Shown here: piece by piece, positions 59,043-64,000 of the stretch
How positions within the stretch are numbered: position 1 is the first letter of the stretch
Layout of the letters: every line of letters begins with the position of its first letter
NCBI GenBank assembly: GCA_040905565.1
Contig: JBBDRF010000005.1
Coordinates: 64,001 to 128,000 of the forward strand
Reading direction: 5' to 3'
DNA length: 64,000 nt
Source: Phycisphaeraceae bacterium
GTDB taxonomy: Bacteria > Planctomycetota > Phycisphaerae > Phycisphaerales > Zrk34
Made by a program: the position numbers and the translations under genes
The notes under the pieces: model-generated
What the model was told of the DNA's origin: nothing
The model's input: the letters and a program-made list of their open reading frames with translations, nothing else
Databases searched by the model: none

Positions 59043-59842
59043 GATACGCGTGGTTGGAGGTGGTGGCCGGCGTGCTCGATCAGCGGCCGCAGGGGCTTGT
59101 CGGTCAGCAGGTACAGCGGGCTCATGACCTTCGTGCCGACCGCGACATGCTGAACGCCCGCCTTGATATAGTCGTCGATGTCGGCTGTGGTCGTGATGCC
59201 CCCGCCGCCGATGAGGGTGACGGCATCGGTGAGATCGCCCAGCAGTCGCGATCGCAGATCCCGAATGCAGGCAAGGGCGACGGGCTTCAACGGCTTGCCG
59301 CTCATCCCCCCCGCCGGCACCGGCAGCGTGTTGCAACAGTGAAAGGTGCGCACCCCCGCCTCCAGCGCCTGCCTCGCCATCAGCTCATAGTTCACCGGCG
59401 GCAACTTCACGATCACCCCCCCCACCTTGCCCGCCGCCTTAATCGCACCCTCGAACAGGTCCGCCGGCCAGCTGACTTCCCCCACGTTGGGGCAGCTCAT
59501 GTTCAGCTCAATGGCCAGCGGCTCAATCATCTGCACCTGTTCGAGCAGCTTGTACCAATCGTCGGTGGAGAAACCGTGGATGCTGACGATCTTGTCCGCC
59601 ACATCGGCGCGGCCCGCCTGGACCCGCTCAACCAGCGAATCGATCCCCGGGTTCCGCAGGCCGATCTTGTTCACCCACGCCCCGATGCGGCGATAGTGCC
59701 GGACCGTGCGTAGAATCTGCAGGAGCCGACCAGGCCGTCGTGCGGCGGTGAAGGTGCCCAGCGTCGGCGTTGTGCCCCTCGGCTGGATGTAGTTGCCGAA
59801 CGGGGCGGAGATAATCAGCGGTTGAATTCTGGCGTCGCTCAC
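59039..59842 (-). CDS. Divergent dihydroorotate-dehydrogenase-like flavoprotein
   Basis: NKIGLRNPG, ELNMSCPN, VKLPP, NT, GGMSG, GGGI; GTG start estimated. Confidence 0.75.
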   Translation of the reverse strand: MSDARIQPLIISAPFGNYIQPRGTTPTLGTFTAARRPGRLLQILRTVRHYRRIGAWVNKIGLRNPGIDSLVERVQAGRADVADKIVSIHGFSTDDWYKLLEQVQMIEPLAIELNMSCPNVGEVSWPADLFEGAIKAAGKVGGVIVKLPPVNYELMARQALEAGVRTFHCCNTLPVPAGGMSGKPLKPVALACIRDLRSRLLGDLTDAVTLIGGGGITTTADIDDYIKAGVQHVAVGTKVMSPLYLLTDKPLRPLIEHAGHHLQPRVS

Positions 59843-59912
59843 GAAAGATGCTCCAGCAGTGTGGGTGCAGTATAGTAACCGACCGCCCAACCGACCCGCG
59901 AAAGCAGCTTCC

Positions 59913-60362
59913 GTGTCCGATCCCCAGCCCCACTCCGACGAACCGCAGGATGACGGCCCCGTCGTCACCGACGAAGAACGCATGCTGTTCGATGCGATGT
60001 TCGAATCCGTGCTCGACGAACTGCCTCGCCGGTTCCACGAGCTGATTGAAGAGGTGCCGATCGTCGTGGAGGATTACCCCGGCGACGAGGTGCTGGACGA
60101 ACTGGAGATTGAAGACGCCAGCGAACTGTGCGGCCTGCACACCGGCATCCCCCTCACCGAACGCTCAACGTCCGACTCGGGCGTGCTCGGCGACGTGATC
60201 CACATCTACCGCGACGGCATCCTGAACCTCGTCGCAGAGAAGCATCAGGAAGTCGTCAAGCCCGAAACGCTCCGCGTCGAGATCCGCATCACCGTCCTTC
60301 ACGAGATCGGCCACCACTTCGGTCTCGATGAAGAAGATCTCCGCAAGCTCGGTTACGAATAA
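59913..60362 (+). CDS. Zincin_1 (DUF1025) minimal metallopeptidase
   Basis: VVEDYP, GLHTGIPLTER, VLHEIGHHFG. Confidence 0.85.
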   Translation: MSDPQPHSDEPQDDGPVVTDEERMLFDAMFESVLDELPRRFHELIEEVPIVVEDYPGDEVLDELEIEDASELCGLHTGIPLTERSTSDSGVLGDVIHIYRDGILNLVAEKHQEVVKPETLRVEIRITVLHEIGHHFGLDEEDLRKLGYE

Positions 60363-60519
60363 GGGCGCATGCGACGCCGATGGCAGCCGATTGTTCCCGG
60401 GTTTTTCCCCGGGAGCGCTCCCTCTCGCGCGTGGCTAGCATCGCACGATGCGCTAACTTACTCCTGACCTTGATCACCCTGCTCGTCGGGCTTGGGCCGG
60501 TGGCGCGGAGTGAGGTGTT

Positions 60520-61581
60520 GTGATGACGATGGGAGATTGGGCAATCTGCATAATCGGCGTCGTGGTGGTTCTTGTGACGCTGATCGACATCGCGCTGAGC
60601 GTGCTGCACACCGACATCAACGGCCCGATCGGAGGCAACCTGCATCGTGCGATCTGGCACGGAGCGGTGATGATCACCCGCCGCCTGCCACGCTTCCGTC
60701 GCGGCATTCTGTCGCTTGCCGGTCCATTGATGATGCTCGCGATGTTCGTTGTATGGGCAACCCTCTTCATCACCGGTTTTGCACTGATCGTGTGGCCGCA
60801 ACTCGATGCCTTCCGCACAGCCTCCGGACAAGAGGCTGCGGATTTCGTCGACGCGCTCTACTACAGCGGCGTCACCGCCACGGTGCTCGGCTATGGCGAC
60901 ATCGCACCACGCACCGACGGCCTTAAAATCCTGGCGTTTGTGGAGTCCGGCCTTGGCTTTGCGATCTTCAGCGGCGTCGTGACCTGGCTGCTCAACGTTG
61001 TCAGCGGCGTCAGTGCCCGCGATGCACTGGCCCTGCGCGTCGAGCAGGAGACCGGCGGCACGCACGACGGGGTGCGACTCATCGGCAGATGGTTGCCGAA
61101 CCAGGCGTCCGGACACGCTCCCGCGCGCCTCCGGGAGCTGACGCACGCCTTGCAGCAACTCCAACCCAAGATGCGTCAGTTTCCGGTTCTCGACGTGCAT
61201 TACCGTTCGCTGAATGCGGGCCTCGCGCCGGAGCGGATGGTGCGGTCGCTGGCTACGGCATCCATTGCTGGATATCTCCGCGCCGACGAGCATGAGCAGC
61301 CCGACTTGGAAGAGGCGGCCAGCAGTTTAGATGGTGCCGTGACTGACCTGATGCGGCTGATCGCTGCGCAGCATCTGCCGCCGAAGGTTCTCAAAACACT
61401 CATTGATCCGGAGCCGGAGGCGCAAGACGAGGCCGCTGTAAAACTGCTGGAGAGTCGAGTCATCGCATCAGGCTCAGGGCGGAACCCACTACCCCCACAG
61501 CCTTTACTGCTGGCCTGCCGGCTACGCGTGTGGCTTGATGCGATGGACCAACTGACCGCCTGGCGAATGGATGGTCCGTAA
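60520..61581 (+). CDS. Potassium channel family protein
   Basis: Pore helix and filter ALYYSGVTATVLGYGDIAP; flanking TM helices. Confidence 0.85.
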   Translation: MMTMGDWAICIIGVVVVLVTLIDIALSVLHTDINGPIGGNLHRAIWHGAVMITRRLPRFRRGILSLAGPLMMLAMFVVWATLFITGFALIVWPQLDAFRTASGQEAADFVDALYYSGVTATVLGYGDIAPRTDGLKILAFVESGLGFAIFSGVVTWLLNVVSGVSARDALALRVEQETGGTHDGVRLIGRWLPNQASGHAPARLRELTHALQQLQPKMRQFPVLDVHYRSLNAGLAPERMVRSLATASIAGYLRADEHEQPDLEEAASSLDGAVTDLMRLIAAQHLPPKVLKTLIDPEPEAQDEAAVKLLESRVIASGSGRNPLPPQPLLLACRLRVWLDAMDQLTAWRMDGP

Positions 61582-61678
61582 AGAGGCGGCGGGTGCCTTC
61601 ACCCTTTGAAGACATGGCTGGCGGTTCAACGCTTGACGGTCGAGCTCAACGGTGCCGCCGCTGCCTCTCTTCTCATGC

Positions 61679-61714
61679 AAAAAAAACGCCTACTCCCCAG
61701 TCGGGGAGCAGGCG
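61679..61714 (-). terminator. Rho-independent terminator (minus strand)
   Basis: A run followed by CGCCTACTCCCC-agtc-GGGGAGCAGGCG on the plus strand. Confidence 0.65.
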
Positions 61715-61722
61715 ACAGTTGA

Positions 61723-62127
61723 TCAACGGTAATCCGGAGGTAACTCGTACTTCTCCAGATAAGACCAGTACTCGTCGTGCTGCTCCATTAGCGCGGTCGC
61801 ATCCGATCCGGTGACGGCTCCGTCGGCCATCTGCTGTTTGCCATCACGAATTTCAGCGATGACACGTCGAAGACCTTCGGGGGCATCGGGATAGCGATCG
61901 AGCGCCCGATCTAACGATCCGGCATGCGAGGCATGCACCTCCCTCATGGCCTCAGCTGGTGTTCGGCCGGGCGCCTGAATTTGTGGCCCCTGGTGGACCA
62001 TCAATGCTGCATCCCATAAGCCGACCTCGCCGCCTCCCTCACCGCATCCACCCAGACCTACAGCAGTCAGAGCCAGAACGGTCATCAACAGCAGACCCGG
62101 AAGTTTCGCATCATTTCTCATTTTCAC
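61723..62127 (-). CDS. Hypothetical lipoprotein
   Basis: Lipobox LGG-C; downstream of the prepilin-type gene. Confidence 0.6.
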   Translation of the reverse strand: MKMRNDAKLPGLLLMTVLALTAVGLGGCGEGGGEVGLWDAALMVHQGPQIQAPGRTPAEAMREVHASHAGSLDRALDRYPDAPEGLRRVIAEIRDGKQQMADGAVTGSDATALMEQHDEYWSYLEKYELPPDYR

Positions 62128-62199
62128 ATCCTGTTAACGTTCGACGGAGAAAGAGGCTACGCTTGCCACTCTCCAATCCAACGCTGCGTTACGTATCAG

Positions 62200-63012
62200 T
62201 TAGTTGACCAACCCAGGCACCGGAATTTTGAACTGGAGCCTGACGGGCCAATCGCGTACCGGATCCATGCCCGTCTCGATCTCGTTCTGATTGTGCCAGC
62301 TGACGCTGCCGTCTTCGAAGAGGAAGTTGCCACCAAGCACACTGTCCTCATCCGTACCGATGTGGTTGTTCATGGCGTCCGTGCCGCCCTCCCACAGATC
62401 TCCGCTGGGTTCCCGCATGTAAACGTCCATCATAATCGGCGCCCGGACGAAAGCACCATCCAGCCGCGACTTGCGGCCCCAGCCTGCTGTCTCGGGAGTG
62501 AAATGTGCCGCACCGCGGTTTGGTAGATACACGTAGCCCATCGTGATCTGGGCGGTCCAACCGGATTTGTGCGACGTCCAGCCCACGGGGCAATGCTGGA
62601 CGGCGGTCGCGCCTTTGTTGAACTCAAATTCTTGCCAGTTGTAAGGCGCGAGGTACTGGTCGTAAAAGCGGACCCACTCGTGCTGGGGCTGGTTAGCGAC
62701 GTTGACGTGAAAGAATGGTCGGTTGTCGTTAGCTGCCGGGGCGCCTGCCGGCGTGTTCCACGCGTCCCAAGGCCCACCAGGATTCGGCATGAGGGTGTCG
62801 TGGTCCTGAGCGAAGCTGTTGATCGCTATCCCCCATTGTCGCAGTTGGCTGGCGCAGGAGACCTTGATCGCCTCCTGCCGCGCACGCGAAAGAGCCGGTA
62901 ACAGGATGGCCATCAACAACGCGATGATGCCAACGACCACCAGTAGCTCGATGAGTGTAAAGCCCTTCGCGGTGCGAGGGCGCGGCATGGTACGGTGACA
63001 CAAAGGTTGCAT
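62200..63012 (-). CDS. Prepilin-type N-methylation domain protein (DUF1559-like)
   Basis: KG-FTLIELLVVVGIIALLMAILLPAL, C.SQLRQ, C-terminal H...GGNFLFEDGSV; AGGAG RBS. Confidence 0.88.
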   Translation of the reverse strand: MQPLCHRTMPRPRTAKGFTLIELLVVVGIIALLMAILLPALSRARQEAIKVSCASQLRQWGIAINSFAQDHDTLMPNPGGPWDAWNTPAGAPAANDNRPFFHVNVANQPQHEWVRFYDQYLAPYNWQEFEFNKGATAVQHCPVGWTSHKSGWTAQITMGYVYLPNRGAAHFTPETAGWGRKSRLDGAFVRAPIMMDVYMREPSGDLWEGGTDAMNNHIGTDEDSVLGGNFLFEDGSVSWHNQNEIETGMDPVRDWPVRLQFKIPVPGLVN

Positions 63013-63354
63013 GGCCAACTCCTGTTTTGGTTTTCGTAAAAGCGGTAAACCAAGGCACAACTGTCATTACGAAGCACTGCTGTCGCGCCGAGCAAACACA
63101 TCGCTCAAACGCTGTTTAACTAGATTACTCGAGCATATCCGCTCATCCGATAAGATACAAGCGAGCCGTATGAAAAAGGGGTCGTACCTCAAAAGTGGTG
63201 CCTCATGCTGCATGGGCTCATTTGTTGTTCACGGAGCCCACGTTGTGGTGCCGGTGGATGACGGCGAACTGCATCTGAACCGGGAACAAAGTGGATCGCC
63301 CCGGGCACATCACCTGTAAGGTGGCGCTAAGCGATACGAAAAAGGACGGCGACC

Positions 63355-63954
63355 ATGGCCGACAACGGCGACGCGAGGCAGAAATATGAGCGGTGGGTGA
63401 CCTGCTTCAGCGGTGAGCTTTATCGCCTGGCGTACCGGCTGTGCGGTCAGGCGGAGGTCGCGGAGGACCTGCTGCAGGAGACGTTCTATCACGCTTGGCG
63501 TTCGATGGCGTCGCTGAAAGACGAGGGGCGGGCGCGGGCGTGGCTGTTTCAGATCCTGCGTTTTCGCTGGTCGCATTACGTGCGATCGGAGACGCGTCGA
63601 CCGAGCCGCGGGCCCGCGCTGGATTCGGTGATGGAACCGGCCGATCCGGATCCGACCGAGCCGTTGACGAATATGGCCCGGGAGGAATCGATGCAACTGG
63701 CGCTCGATGCTTTGGAGGAGCGATACCGCCTGCCGCTGCTGATGGTTTTCGTCGAAGGCATGACTTGTCGCGAGGCGGCCGGCGAACTGGAGATACCGCT
63801 CGGCACGGTGCTCTCACGTATCCACCGGGCGAGAAAAGTTCTGCGTCAGCAACTGGGCGACGGCGAAAATGCGGCAGCGCCGCAATCCAAGAAAAAGCGT
63901 CCTCTTATCAAGTCGCAGGACTTGCCACAGCTTCGGCTGGGAGGTGAACGATGA
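63355..63954 (+). CDS. ECF sigma factor
   Basis: AEDLLQETF, AWLFQI, GELEIPLGTVLSRIHRAR. Confidence 0.93.
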   Translation: MADNGDARQKYERWVTCFSGELYRLAYRLCGQAEVAEDLLQETFYHAWRSMASLKDEGRARAWLFQILRFRWSHYVRSETRRPSRGPALDSVMEPADPDPTEPLTNMAREESMQLALDALEERYRLPLLMVFVEGMTCREAAGELEIPLGTVLSRIHRARKVLRQQLGDGENAAAPQSKKKRPLIKSQDLPQLRLGGER

Positions 63955-64000
63955 ACGAGCAAGAGCGAGACGGCCTGATTCGCCGCATGGAAGAAGCGGT
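63951..64000 (+). CDS. Probable anti-sigma factor (3'-truncated)
   Basis: GGAGG RBS and ATGA overlap with the sigma stop; open to the window end; function inferred from position only. Confidence 0.45.
   Translation, partial: MNEQERDGLIRRMEEA

Noticed and set aside
49000..63177. 15-mer GAGCCGTATGAAAAA at 49000-49014 and 63163-63177
   Set aside because: A 15-bp match can arise by chance in 64 kb; it has no symmetry or shared context.

Overview
GC-rich bacterial chromosomal window with about 60 CDS. It most likely comes from a planctomycete (Phycisphaerae-like), inferred from the prepilin/DUF1559-type gene, FG-GAP protein, topoisomerase VI and C30 carotenoid cluster. Housekeeping content: sufBCDSE-sufT, M29 aminopeptidase, cdaA-cdaR-proA, topoisomerase VI B/A, ettA, larE, an SSS transporter, proS and mfd. 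Accessory content: (i) a translationally coupled C30-carotenoid operon (crtN-aldH-crtP-acyltransferase-crtQ) with no crtM in the window, flanked by a TPR-like lipoprotein, an SRPBCC protein and a CarH/LitR-like regulator whose cobalamin-ligating His is replaced by Tyr; (ii) a DUF3592 / arrestin-fold / small ATPase operon; (iii) a sigma54 promoter on hsp20 near a NifA-like activator; (iv) three small orphan genes, each followed by a copy of the same REP-like repeat (a cassette-like array); (v) a CFA-methyltransferase plus geranylgeranyl-reductase pair resembling methyl-branched fatty acid genes. No tRNA, rRNA, CRISPR array, transposase or integrase was recognised. All calls come from motifs read by eye, and start codons are best estimates.
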